Shown here: piece by piece, positions 35,598-45,742 of the stretch
Numbering within the stretch: position 1 is the first letter of the stretch
How the letters are laid out: the number at the start of each line of letters is the position of its first letter
From: a virus
Taxonomy: Duplodnaviria; Caudoviricetes
Length of the DNA: 64,000 nt
Reading direction: 5' to 3' (one strand)
Virus record (IMG/VR): IMGVR_UViG_3300034061_004620
Translations under genes and position numbers: made by a program
Notes under the pieces: model-generated
Database searches by the model: none
The model's input: the letters and a program-made list of their open reading frames with translations, nothing else
What the model was told of the DNA's origin: nothing

Positions 35598-38258
35598 ATG
35601 AGTTATGTTGATGCATTATATGACCGGGGTCAGGATCGTATTCACATTGTTGAACGTGTCGGTAGTGAACGTGTATACAAGGAATATCCCGCGACCTATA
35701 TCTTTTACTACGATGACCCGCGTGGTAAATTTCGTACTGTGTATGGTACTCCTGTTAGCAGGTTTTCGAGTCGTTCGCAGAAAGAATTTCAAAAAGAACT
35801 ACGTATCAATTCTAACAAACGACTTTGGGAGTCGGATATTAATCCGGTATTTCGCTGTCTCGAAGAAAACTATCTGGGGGCAACATCTCCCCAGTTACAT
35901 ACTGCGTTTTTCGACATTGAGGTTGACTTTGATCCAGTAAGGGGCTTTAGTCGACCTGAAGATCCATTTAATCCAATTACTGCTATTAGTGTCTATCTTG
36001 ACTGGATGGACAAAATGGTCACGCTTGTTGTCCCTCCAAAAAGTTATAGTTGGGAGACTGCACAAGAAATTTGCAATCAATATGATAACTGTTTCTTGTT
36101 TGAACGCGAAGAAGATCTACTTAACACTTTCCTTGACATAATCGACGACGCAGACATACTAAGCGGTTGGAACTCAGAGGGTTTTGATATTCCTTACATG
36201 GTCATGCGTATTACTAAAGTATTAAGCAAAGACGATACACGTAGATTTTGTCTTTGGGGGCAACTGCCCAAGCAAAGAACATTTGAACGCTTTGGTGCAG
36301 AAAACTTGACTTTCGACTTGATTGGCCGAGTGCATATGGACTATATGCAACTGTATCGCAAATACACTTATGAAGAACGACACAGCTATAGTCTGGATGC
36401 CATTGGCGAATACGAACTCGATGAGCGTAAAACACAATATGAAGGTACGCTGGATCAACTATACAACAAAGACTTTCCTAAGTTCATTGATTACAACAGG
36501 CAGGATACCATGCTTGTTGCCAAATTGGATAAGAAATTAAGATTTTTAGATTTGGCCAATGAACTGGCACATGATAATACTGTATTGCTTCCTACTACAA
36601 TGGGAGCGGTAGCTGTAACCGAGCAGGCGATTATTAATGAAGCACATCAACGAGGTATGGTTGTACCTAATAGGAAAGGAAGAGATGACCAAGGAGACAC
36701 ACAAGCAGCAGGTGCCTATGTTGCTTTCCCCAAGAAAGGCATGCACGACTGGATCGGCGCAATTGACATCAACTCGCTCTACCCGTCAGCAATCCGCGCT
36801 CTTAACATGGCACAAGAGTCGATTATTGGACAACTCAGACCGATAATGACCGACAGATATATTCAAGACAAAATGGCCTCGGGCAGTAGCTTTGCAGATG
36901 CCTGGGAAAACATGTTTGGTAGTCTTGAATATACTGCTGTGATGAACGGCGAACCCGGAACAGAAATTACCATCGACTGGGAAGCCGGCGGCAGTGATGT
37001 CATGAGTGCAGCTGACATTTGGCGTATGGTATTTGACAGCAATCAACCTTGGATGATAAGTGCCAATGGTACAATTTTTAGTTATGAACAAAAGGCTGTA
37101 GTACCTGGATTGTTAGAGAGGTGGTATGCAGAACGCAAGGAATTGCAAGCCAAGAAAAAAGAAGCTACTACTAAAGAGGATCAAGCTTTCTGGGATAAAA
37201 GACAGCTGGTCAAAAAGATTAATCTTAACAGTCTCTACGGAGCAATTCTCAATCCAGGTTGTAGATTTTTTGACAAAAGAATTGGTCAAAGTACTACTCT
37301 CACCGGGCGTATTATTGCCCGACACATGGATGCGTATATCAATGAGTGCATATTCGGAGAATACGATCATGTCGGCAAATCCATCATCTATGGTGACACT
37401 GACTCATGCTATTTCACAGCTTGGCCTGCAGTTAGAAGCGAGGTTGAAGCGGGTAGAATGGAATGGAACAAAGACATCTGTGCCCAACTATATGATAGCA
37501 TCGCGGATCAAGTCAATGATTCCTTTCCTGCCTTTATGGAGCGAGCTTGTCATGTACCAAGATCAATGGGTACGCTCATCAAAGGAGGACGGGAACTTGT
37601 TGCTTCTAAGGGATTATTCATAAAGAAAAAACGCTATGCTGTGTTGATTTACGATCTCGAAGGCAATAGACTGGATACACATGGTAAGCCAGGCAAAGTC
37701 AAGGCCATGGGTCTCGATCTCAAGCGTTCTGATACTCCTAAAGTTGTGCAAGATTTTTTGAGCGAATTGTTACATGATGTACTGACCGGATCAGGACAAG
37801 AACATATATATGACAAAGTACGTGAATTTAAATTGTCTTTTCAGGATAGACCGGCATGGGAAAAAGGAACACCCAAGCGGGTCAACAATTTAACAAAGTA
37901 CACCAAGGAAGAAGAACGACTGGGTCGTGCAAATATGCCCGGTCATGTACGAGCTGCAATGAATTGGAATAACTTGCGTCGTATGCATGGCGACAACTAC
38001 AGTATGGCTATTGTGGACGGCATGAAAACTATTGTGTGCAAGCTTAAAGATAATCCACTGGGGTACACAAGCGTAGGATATCCCACAGACGAAAGTCATA
38101 TTCCTGCATGGTTCAAAGAATTGCCATTTGATGATTCAGAAATGGAGGCCACTATTGTTGACCAAAAAGTAGAAAACTTGTTAGGGGTATTGGAGTGGGA
38201 CATTCCAAATCATACAGATATTAAAACAACTTTTGATACGCTATTCACCTTTGAATAA
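35598..38258 (+). CDS. Family B DNA polymerase (T4 gp43-like)
   Basis: Exonuclease FFDIE, GWNSEGFD and YNRQD; polymerase DINSLYPS, KINLNSLYG, YGDTDS, KKRYA. Confidence 0.97.
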   Translation: MSYVDALYDRGQDRIHIVERVGSERVYKEYPATYIFYYDDPRGKFRTVYGTPVSRFSSRSQKEFQKELRINSNKRLWESDINPVFRCLEENYLGATSPQLHTAFFDIEVDFDPVRGFSRPEDPFNPITAISVYLDWMDKMVTLVVPPKSYSWETAQEICNQYDNCFLFEREEDLLNTFLDIIDDADILSGWNSEGFDIPYMVMRITKVLSKDDTRRFCLWGQLPKQRTFERFGAENLTFDLIGRVHMDYMQLYRKYTYEERHSYSLDAIGEYELDERKTQYEGTLDQLYNKDFPKFIDYNRQDTMLVAKLDKKLRFLDLANELAHDNTVLLPTTMGAVAVTEQAIINEAHQRGMVVPNRKGRDDQGDTQAAGAYVAFPKKGMHDWIGAIDINSLYPSAIRALNMAQESIIGQLRPIMTDRYIQDKMASGSSFADAWENMFGSLEYTAVMNGEPGTEITIDWEAGGSDVMSAADIWRMVFDSNQPWMISANGTIFSYEQKAVVPGLLERWYAERKELQAKKKEATTKEDQAFWDKRQLVKKINLNSLYGAILNPGCRFFDKRIGQSTTLTGRIIARHMDAYINECIFGEYDHVGKSIIYGDTDSCYFTAWPAVRSEVEAGRMEWNKDICAQLYDSIADQVNDSFPAFMERACHVPRSMGTLIKGGRELVASKGLFIKKKRYAVLIYDLEGNRLDTHGKPGKVKAMGLDLKRSDTPKVVQDFLSELLHDVLTGSGQEHIYDKVREFKLSFQDRPAWEKGTPKRVNNLTKYTKEEERLGRANMPGHVRAAMNWNNLRRMHGDNYSMAIVDGMKTIVCKLKDNPLGYTSVGYPTDESHIPAWFKELPFDDSEMEATIVDQKVENLLGVLEWDIPNHTDIKTTFDTLFTFE

Positions 38259-38280
38259 ATATCCAAAATGGTGATAATCA

Positions 38281-39237
38281 ATGAAGTTACATGAACTTAT
38301 CAATTTCAGAAACAGCTTACAAACAGCGATTGATTTAGAGTCTATGGCTTATGTTATCGAAAAAAACAAACAAAATCTTAAAACAGTTTCATATGGTGTA
38401 AATGAAGAATATCAAAAATCCATAGACAACATTATTAGTAAATATGATCAGATTCAAAAAGATTTATCTACCCCGTTAATTGATGCCAAAATATTGTTAG
38501 ACGAAATACAAAAAAAGATAACAGAATTAAGTTCTAAATTTTTTGAAAAAAACTATGATCTTGAAATGAGTTTTCCTGATAACGACATGTTACCACAAAA
38601 CATCAGAAACTATAGACACTGGCGTCGTATTAGAATGGACATCGACGACAGCCCTGATAAACACTTACTAAGTAGAATATATTTACACAGTAACTTTAAA
38701 TACCCTGCTCTTGAAATTGGTTGCAGAGATGGTGAATACACTCAATATTTAATTGCCAGTGATCCACTCTACATTGCTGACGTACATCAAGAATTTTTGG
38801 CATCAGCTGTAGAACATTATCACGATCAATACAAATCGCGTGTGAGGAAATATTTGATTAAAGATAATAAAATTGACAATTTGCCTTTTAATCAATTTAA
38901 CTTTATTTTTAGCTACAATTTTTTTAACTATTTAAGTTTTGATAGTATCAAGCAGTGGATGCTATCTGCGTATCAATGGTTACGACCAGGCGGAGTAATT
39001 CTTTTTACTTACAATAACTCCGACATCGGTGTTGGAGCGGCCTATGCCGAAAGTTGCTTCATGAGTTACGTGCCTCGAAGCATGTTGGTACCCATGTGTG
39101 AAAGTATTGGATTTGAGTTGATTGATCATCGCGATTACGATCCAAACATATCCTGGGTAGAATTTAGAAAACCCGGCGAACTGAAAACTATCAAAGCTTC
39201 ACAGGCACTTGGCGAAATAAAAAATATCAACCATTGA
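38281..39237 (+). CDS. Class I SAM-dependent methyltransferase with N-terminal coiled coil
   Basis: ALEIGCRDG, FNFIFSYNFFNY, WLRPGG. Confidence 0.75.
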   Translation: MKLHELINFRNSLQTAIDLESMAYVIEKNKQNLKTVSYGVNEEYQKSIDNIISKYDQIQKDLSTPLIDAKILLDEIQKKITELSSKFFEKNYDLEMSFPDNDMLPQNIRNYRHWRRIRMDIDDSPDKHLLSRIYLHSNFKYPALEIGCRDGEYTQYLIASDPLYIADVHQEFLASAVEHYHDQYKSRVRKYLIKDNKIDNLPFNQFNFIFSYNFFNYLSFDSIKQWMLSAYQWLRPGGVILFTYNNSDIGVGAAYAESCFMSYVPRSMLVPMCESIGFELIDHRDYDPNISWVEFRKPGELKTIKASQALGEIKNINH

Positions 39238-39262
39238 CAAATCTAAATAGATTTGTTATATT
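39234..39262 (+). promoter_or_regulatory. Sigma70-type promoter with palindromic spacer and nested TAAATA
   Basis: TTGACA-17 bp-TATATT; inverted repeat ACAAATCTA-aa-TAGATTTGT at 39237-39256. Confidence 0.75.
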
Positions 39263-39285
39263 AACAACTATTATTGGAGAAACAC

Positions 39286-40008
39286 ATGAAAGATTATTTA
39301 CACGATATCGTACAACACACTCACGGTCTTGGTTTTATTGATTTGATTAAAATTACCGGCACAGACTCTACAACAACTATTGATGCAGTTAGCGAAGATA
39401 GAATTGCCATTATTCAGGCTCAATTTCACAATCCTGTTCCAGAATTCATTGGCACATTTGGCATGCCAAACTTGGGTAAACTGAATACCATTCTCAACAT
39501 TCCTGAATACAAAGAAGATGCCTCTATTGTAATGACTCAAAAGAATGATGGCGAACCTGACGGAATTTCATTTAAAAATAAAAATGGTGATTTTAAAAAT
39601 GATTATCGACTGATGACTGCCAATGTAGTTAACGATAAATTAAAGACCGTAAAATTCAAAGGTGTCAAGTGGGGAGTAGAAATTGAACCAAGTGTAGCTG
39701 CCATTCAAAGATTAAAATTTCAAGCACAAGCAAACAGCGAAGAAACAACTTTTATTGCCAAAATTGAAAACAACAACTTGATATTTTATTTTGGTGATCA
39801 TAGTAGTCATGCTGGTAATTTTGTGTTTGCACACGATGTAGCAGGATCGCTAACCAAAGCATGGAATTGGCCGGTAGCTGCGGTAATTAGTATTTTAAGT
39901 CTACCAGGAGATAAAATGATTCGTTTCAGTGACGAAGGTGCTGCACAAATCACTGTTGATTCAGGTCTTGCGATCTACAATTATATTTTGCCAGCACAGA
40001 CTAAGTGA
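39286..40008 (+). CDS. Sliding clamp (T4 gp45-like)
   Basis: About 240 aa with two alpha/beta halves; near the polymerase; a clamp loader is present in the window. Confidence 0.6.
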   Translation: MKDYLHDIVQHTHGLGFIDLIKITGTDSTTTIDAVSEDRIAIIQAQFHNPVPEFIGTFGMPNLGKLNTILNIPEYKEDASIVMTQKNDGEPDGISFKNKNGDFKNDYRLMTANVVNDKLKTVKFKGVKWGVEIEPSVAAIQRLKFQAQANSEETTFIAKIENNNLIFYFGDHSSHAGNFVFAHDVAGSLTKAWNWPVAAVISILSLPGDKMIRFSDEGAAQITVDSGLAIYNYILPAQTK

Positions 40009-40670
40009 TAGTACATCCGTTACGTAATAATTATTGGACCCGAAGAGGTTACGTAACTGGTACGTGTATGTATCACAGTGAACTTAAACAGTGCTATATT
40101 AACATTCCAAAAAATGCAAGTAGTTTTTTAAGGGAAGTGTTTAAAGATACCGGTTGGAAACACATGCATCTTGGAATGACTATGGATATAGAAAACTACA
40201 TAGTAATATTACGTGATCCGGTTGAAAGATGGATTACGGGAATAGCGCAACATATCACAACCAACATCTTAGGTGAAAATTTTGGTAGTACACATTATCT
40301 TGAACAAAGTAATGAATTAGTCGATCGTTTGATTTTTGATCAAATAGTATTTGATGATCATACTGAACAGCAATCATGGTTTTTAGAACCATTTGATCTT
40401 AAAGATGGTGTATTTTTTTATTGTGATGCAAATCTCAATCAAAATCTTGATAGTTATTTTGATTATAAATTTAAATTCGCCAATAGGCCTTATGTGAATA
40501 CAAGTGCATCGCAGTTTGATAATCAGAACTTAGTTGCTTATTTCAAGAAGCTTGTATACAATAACAAAACATATTATAATAGAATTAAATCCTACTTTCT
40601 CAGAGATTACGACTTAATAAACTCTGTAAACTTCTATGACTCAAGACAATCTTACAGCCAAACAAAATGA
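40005..40670 (+). CDS. Sulfotransferase-family protein
   Basis: PAPS-binding motifs YINIPKNASS and ILRDPVERWITG. Confidence 0.75.
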   Translation: MIVHPLRNNYWTRRGYVTGTCMYHSELKQCYINIPKNASSFLREVFKDTGWKHMHLGMTMDIENYIVILRDPVERWITGIAQHITTNILGENFGSTHYLEQSNELVDRLIFDQIVFDDHTEQQSWFLEPFDLKDGVFFYCDANLNQNLDSYFDYKFKFANRPYVNTSASQFDNQNLVAYFKKLVYNNKTYYNRIKSYFLRDYDLINSVNFYDSRQSYSQTK

Positions 40671-42201
40671 CTATGCAGTGTTTTTGCCTGCTATATCTGG
40701 ATTCTATGCAACTTTTATAGGAAAACAACGTGTTAACAATGACTATGTTGATCCTGCTCGTATGCCGCAGGCATTACAAGACATGGAGCAATTCAACTGG
40801 CTTAACAGCCATCACGCTCTCTTTCCGTACCGATGGAGTCTTTACTCCGGAGGACACGCCAACCTTGATCTAACCAAAGAAGACCCTTCGGAAGATATGG
40901 TTCGTAAGCGAGAACCAGGTACTTTTATGTTAGGTGACTCTGGCGGGTTCCAAATTGCCAAAGGCTTGTGGGAGGGCGACTGGAAAGCCAACTCAGGATG
41001 TCCTCGGGCACAAAAGAAAAGAGAATTAGTACTTAAATGGTTGGATGGTATTGCAGACTATGGAATGATTTTAGATATTCCAACTTGGGTAATTCACGAC
41101 AAAAAGGCAAGTATCGCATGTGGAATAACTACATTACACGAAGCCGTTGCTGCAACCAAATACAATAATCAATATTTTATGCAGCATCGCAAAGGTAAGA
41201 ACAATGGCGGAGCAAGATTTTTAAACGTGCTGCAAGGCGATAATCATACATCAGCCGACGAGTGGTATCAAGAAATGAAAGAGTTTTGTGATCCTAATAA
41301 ATACCCAGACACACACTTTGATGGGTGGGCCATGGGCGGACAGAACATGTGTGATGTTCATCTTGTTCTAAAACGATTGGTAGAACTTAGATATGACAAC
41401 CTGTTACAAGAAGGAGTGCATGATTGGATGCACTTTTTAGGCACAAGTAAACTTGAATGGGCAGTGTTGCTTACTGTAATACAGCGGTCAGTACGTAAAT
41501 ATGTCAATCCAAAATTTACCATTTCATTTGATTGTGCAAGTCCTTTTCTGGCTACTGCCAACGGTCAAGTTTACCACCACATCGATTTACCTCACAATGG
41601 TAAATGGTGCTACCGTATGAGCCCTATAGTAGATGATAAAAAATATGCTACTGATACCAGACTATATGGCCAAGCTGTGCTGGCAGATGGACTTATTGAT
41701 ATTTTTGATGAAAGTCCTATTAGTAAAAATATGATGATGAAGGATGTGTGTGTTTACAAACCTGGAGATCTGAACAAGAATGGCAAAGAAGGTCGAACCA
41801 GCTGGGATAGTTTTAGTTACATGCTGCTCATGGGGCATAATGTTTGGACCCACATAGAAGCAGTTCAACGAGCCAACAGAGAATTTGATGCTGGATTTCA
41901 TCCTGCCATGATGCGACATGATCATATCGAAGCAGAATATTTTGAAGATATCGTAGAACGTATATTTGCAGCGCCAACAAAGCAAACTGCATTAGATATA
42001 GTCAATGCCGACAAATATGCCAGACCAAAAGGTTATTGGGAACAGATTGTCGGCACAAGAGGTTTCAAAGGAGAAAAAACTACTAATTCTTTCACAATGG
42101 CAAATCATCATTTAGAGATAGAAGGATCAGTTAAAGTGGATAAAGTTAAAAAAGAACAACCAAAACCAATTTTATTGCCTAATTTATTTGAGGAGACCTA
42201 A
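40636..42201 (+). CDS. dpdA: tRNA-guanine-transglycosylase-like protein, probable DNA base-exchange enzyme (DpdA-like)
   Basis: TGT signature LGDSGGFQ, plus LDIP, VLQG, GWAMGG, HFLG and SFDCASP; clustered with folE/queD/queE. Confidence 0.75.
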   Translation: MTQDNLTAKQNDYAVFLPAISGFYATFIGKQRVNNDYVDPARMPQALQDMEQFNWLNSHHALFPYRWSLYSGGHANLDLTKEDPSEDMVRKREPGTFMLGDSGGFQIAKGLWEGDWKANSGCPRAQKKRELVLKWLDGIADYGMILDIPTWVIHDKKASIACGITTLHEAVAATKYNNQYFMQHRKGKNNGGARFLNVLQGDNHTSADEWYQEMKEFCDPNKYPDTHFDGWAMGGQNMCDVHLVLKRLVELRYDNLLQEGVHDWMHFLGTSKLEWAVLLTVIQRSVRKYVNPKFTISFDCASPFLATANGQVYHHIDLPHNGKWCYRMSPIVDDKKYATDTRLYGQAVLADGLIDIFDESPISKNMMMKDVCVYKPGDLNKNGKEGRTSWDSFSYMLLMGHNVWTHIEAVQRANREFDAGFHPAMMRHDHIEAEYFEDIVERIFAAPTKQTALDIVNADKYARPKGYWEQIVGTRGFKGEKTTNSFTMANHHLEIEGSVKVDKVKKEQPKPILLPNLFEET

Positions 42202-42414
42202 ATGTCATATAAGGGAAAAATCAAACATCTTGAAGAAATGCATCGTTTACTTGATAAACAGATTAACGAAATGCAAACCAATCATCCAGGAGTAGAAGTT
42301 GAACATCTTGCTGAATTAAAAAAGAAAAAATTGCTTTATAAAGATGAAATCAGTAGACTTAATAAATTACAATGGGAAGAAGAAAATGAACGAGTGGGCT
42401 ACGGCGACCAATAA
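42202..42414 (+). CDS. DUF465/YdcH-like coiled-coil protein
   Basis: HLEEMHRLLDKQI...LAELKKKKLLYKDEI. Confidence 0.7.
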   Translation: MSYKGKIKHLEEMHRLLDKQINEMQTNHPGVEVEHLAELKKKKLLYKDEISRLNKLQWEEENERVGYGDQ

Positions 42415-42420
42415 TCTTAA

Positions 42421-43968
42421 ATGACCAAAGTTGTAATATTAAGCGTCCCATGGTGTGAAGCTTTTCCTTTGGTAGCGCCTGCATTATTAAGTAAATGTCT
42501 ACAACAGGCAGGCATTGACTCAGCTGGATTAGATTTAAATATAAAATTTATTCAAGAATTTTATAATAAACCCTATTGGAGTAATTTAAAGATTTTTTTG
42601 TCAAATGGATATGTAGATAAACAACTAAATTATCGTAGAATGATAATTGATTTATTTAAATTTATAAAAAGAGAACTTTTGGCAATTAATTTAGAACATA
42701 ACCCAACTCATTTAGGTTTGTCTATCTTTACAAACGAAAGTATTAACTTTAGCTATCTTTTAATTCATTATATCCGAAAATATCTCCCCCATGTAAAAAT
42801 TATTGTAGGCGGACGAGGTATAGAATCTGATTGCTCTTTAGAAAAAAAACCGCATTACCAGAAATATTTTGATCACGGTCTGGCAGATTTGATAGTAGTT
42901 GGTGATGCCGAAACAGCCATAATTGAATCTATTAAATCCAATCATGATGGCATATATTTTTCTAAAAAACAAAATCAACAAGACCTTGATAATATTCCGG
43001 CTCCGGACTGGAGTCACTATAATTTTTCTTTATATAGTACGCTTACAGACGAATTTGCACCTGCTGATAGATTAGCCGCCACATTTAATCCACAGGCTAT
43101 ATCTATTACTGCAAGTAAAGGATGTGTAAGAAAATGTACATTTTGTGATGTTGCCAATTATTGGCCAAACTACATTTATCGAGACGGTGCAAATGTAGCA
43201 AGAGATATAATAACCACTTACAGAACAACTGGAATTAAAAATTTTGAATTTACAGATAATTTGATAAATGGTAGTATCTCTCACTACAGAAAAATGAACA
43301 CTATCTTGGCAGAAACTATTCCAAGAGAAATTGCCTATAGTGGGTATGCGATTTTTAGACAAAAAGAATCAATGCCGGCCGAGGATTTTAGGTTAGCCTC
43401 ATTAGCAGGATGCGAAGCATGGGGAGTTGGTGTTGAATCAGGAAGCGAAACTGTTAGATACCACATGCGGAAAAAATTCAATAACGACGACTTAGATTTT
43501 GGAGTCAAACAATTACACAAAAACAATATAAGACAAACTTGGTGTTTAATGGTTGGATATCCAACTGAAACTGAGGATGATTTTAAAGAAACACTAAATT
43601 TATTACGTAGATACAAGAATTATAATAACAACGGTATGATTTCATTAAATATTACACAACCGTTTCAATTAAATCAAAATACTCCTTTGATGCAAGAAGA
43701 AGAATTTACATCAACACTTAATTGGGCACACGAAGGAGATAGTAATCACCATGAAAGATTTTTTTGGGTCACTCCTGGAAATCCTGGTAACAATTTCTTA
43801 TCACGATATAAAAGATGGCACCAGCTTATTGATTTATCCGAAGAATTAGGTTATTCTTACCATATGCGAATGGCTCTGTTATTTTCAAAATGGCGAGACG
43901 AACTTGAAAGTTTAAAACAAATTTATGAACAATCAAATAAAAAAATTTTCTTTTTCAGTCGAGCTTAA
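42421..43968 (+). CDS. B12-binding-domain radical SAM protein
   Basis: N-terminal cobalamin-binding-like domain (GLSIF, IVGG, VVGDAE), SKGCVRKCTFC, GVESGS, LMVGYPTET. Confidence 0.85.
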   Translation: MTKVVILSVPWCEAFPLVAPALLSKCLQQAGIDSAGLDLNIKFIQEFYNKPYWSNLKIFLSNGYVDKQLNYRRMIIDLFKFIKRELLAINLEHNPTHLGLSIFTNESINFSYLLIHYIRKYLPHVKIIVGGRGIESDCSLEKKPHYQKYFDHGLADLIVVGDAETAIIESIKSNHDGIYFSKKQNQQDLDNIPAPDWSHYNFSLYSTLTDEFAPADRLAATFNPQAISITASKGCVRKCTFCDVANYWPNYIYRDGANVARDIITTYRTTGIKNFEFTDNLINGSISHYRKMNTILAETIPREIAYSGYAIFRQKESMPAEDFRLASLAGCEAWGVGVESGSETVRYHMRKKFNNDDLDFGVKQLHKNNIRQTWCLMVGYPTETEDDFKETLNLLRRYKNYNNNGMISLNITQPFQLNQNTPLMQEEEFTSTLNWAHEGDSNHHERFFWVTPGNPGNNFLSRYKRWHQLIDLSEELGYSYHMRMALLFSKWRDELESLKQIYEQSNKKIFFFSRA

Positions 43969-44308
43969 TAATCTTTGCGACAGGTATGTTATAACTGTAA
44001 ACGAACAATTAATTCCAGTCACAAATGAAGCCATAAATTATTATGAATTAGATTTAGATATAACAAAACGCAATATAATCAAAGTAACCTACCTTGAAAA
44101 GAATAAAGATTCATTTTTACACATCAAACAACTTGAATTTAATAAAATACCATTGTATAATTTAGACATATTTTCAACTTATCGCGTAAAAAACACAGTT
44201 AAAAAAACTTACGGATGGATGGATGAACTTGGTACATATACAATAAATCTTCACAGCAATGCAGTTACTCAAAATTTACTAACTTTTTTATTATCAAAGA
44301 AAGAATAA
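43925..44308 (+). CDS. Hypothetical beta-rich protein
   Basis: ORF overlapping the radical SAM end; pattern similar to the 24423 protein. Confidence 0.55.
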   Translation: MNNQIKKFSFSVELNNLCDRYVITVNEQLIPVTNEAINYYELDLDITKRNIIKVTYLEKNKDSFLHIKQLEFNKIPLYNLDIFSTYRVKNTVKKTYGWMDELGTYTINLHSNAVTQNLLTFLLSKKE

Positions 44309-44309
44309 A

Positions 44310-44822
44310 ATGAACAGAAATGGTCATACTAACACAAAATTATTTGTAGGACAAGAAGTGGAACATACCCCTGCACATGGTCAAAAAACTTTGTTTGTTG
44401 TAGGAATTCAGGATAAAGACTTGATCGAAGCTGCCGCGGTTGCTCATAAATGTACACATGTGTATTTTGGTGCCAATCAAAGCTTTCCTAAAATTAATAC
44501 TAATAGTGCAGAGTGGACTCGTTGGGAGAATATGATATTTCCTTTTCTTGGCCAAGGCTATTGGTGTACATTGGATATTGATGTAAATCAAGTTGAAGGT
44601 TTATTGGAAAGTGGACTCACCGAACATTATAAATTTATTCCCATGATATCGGTAAAATTACCCTATTTACAACAATTAGGATATAATGCTACAATTAAAC
44701 TTGATGACAAAGATTTTGCTGCAACTAATCCTGGTGTATGGTGTCATCAAGTTCATGACTTAGCAAGTAGAAGAAAGTTTACCGATTGGTCAAAATATAC
44801 AAGTGACGAGATTATAAGATGA
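44310..44822 (+). CDS. Hypothetical protein within the deazaguanine cluster
   Basis: 170 aa; FVGQEVEHTPAHGQKTLFVVG and HVYFGANQSF. Confidence 0.7.
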   Translation: MNRNGHTNTKLFVGQEVEHTPAHGQKTLFVVGIQDKDLIEAAAVAHKCTHVYFGANQSFPKINTNSAEWTRWENMIFPFLGQGYWCTLDIDVNQVEGLLESGLTEHYKFIPMISVKLPYLQQLGYNATIKLDDKDFAATNPGVWCHQVHDLASRRKFTDWSKYTSDEIIR

Positions 44823-45253
44823 ATCAAACACAAAGAGAATCAGCGGATAGAATTATGCAATTTGCCGCAAGACAAATATGGGTAACCTTCCAAAAAGAAG
44901 GTATTCATAAATACCCGGCAGCATTGGAGGATCCCGGTCTTGCGGATGTTAATTTTCTTGGTTACCCTCACCGTCACATCTTTCACTTCAGGGTGTCAAT
45001 TGATGTGTTCCACAATGATCGGGACATCGAGTTCATCCAATTCAAACGATGGCTGGAAAGCCTGTATAATAGTGGGAACCCGGTTTTAGAACTGGATTAT
45101 AAAAGCTGTGAAATGATAGCTGACGATTTATACGTCCAAATAGCTAACAGATATCCCAACAGAAATGTTACAATAAGCGTAAGTGAAGACAATGAAAATG
45201 GTTGTACGATTACTTACGCCACTCATCAACCCTCTCTATCAATAAAAATTTAA
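44819..45253 (+). CDS. QueD-paralogous T-fold protein (DpdL-like candidate)
   Basis: GIHKYP...GYPHRHIFHF metal-binding His pattern, DIEFIQFKR, SCEMIA, VSEDNENG; this is a 6-PTPS/QueD-like layout. Confidence 0.65.
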   Translation: MNQTQRESADRIMQFAARQIWVTFQKEGIHKYPAALEDPGLADVNFLGYPHRHIFHFRVSIDVFHNDRDIEFIQFKRWLESLYNSGNPVLELDYKSCEMIADDLYVQIANRYPNRNVTISVSEDNENGCTITYATHQPSLSIKI

Positions 45254-45263
45254 GGAGAACAAA

Positions 45264-45482
45264 ATGGCCGCAAAATGGCTAAAAAAATATCTGGTAATGA
45301 AGCCGGAAGTGTCAACTATCTTTGACGATCTTGATCGTTATCGAGAATTTTGTGTCAAATACGGACATCCATTTGATGAGCGTCATTTATACAATGAGCG
45401 TAGTCCGTGGGGCGAATTTCAGAGGAGTTTACGAGGTCGCGAACCACGTAATATGTGGTATGTTAAAAAAGAACGTACATGA
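45264..45482 (+). CDS. Hypothetical protein
   Basis: AAGGAG SD. Confidence 0.65.
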   Translation: MAAKWLKKYLVMKPEVSTIFDDLDRYREFCVKYGHPFDERHLYNERSPWGEFQRSLRGREPRNMWYVKKERT

Positions 45483-45742
45483 CATTAGTTCTTAACTTTA
45501 TTAAAAATCACATTCCGGCATTTGAAATGCTGGGTGTGATTATGCGTATCATAAGTTTTACATTAGTATCATGGTTAGGGTCTGCAAGTCCGTTTATGTT
45601 TGTTTGGATATTTAATACAGTTGATGCCGTACTATTAACTTATTGTGCTATGCTTAAACAAGATCGTGCATACACCTTACTAAACGCTTTTTGGATTGTG
45701 GTTGGTATCATTGGCATTGCAAGAGCAGGAGGATGGTTATGA
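45479..45742 (+). CDS. Three-TM membrane protein
   Basis: Three hydrophobic helices. Confidence 0.65.
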   Translation: MTLVLNFIKNHIPAFEMLGVIMRIISFTLVSWLGSASPFMFVWIFNTVDAVLLTYCAMLKQDRAYTLLNAFWIVVGIIGIARAGGWL

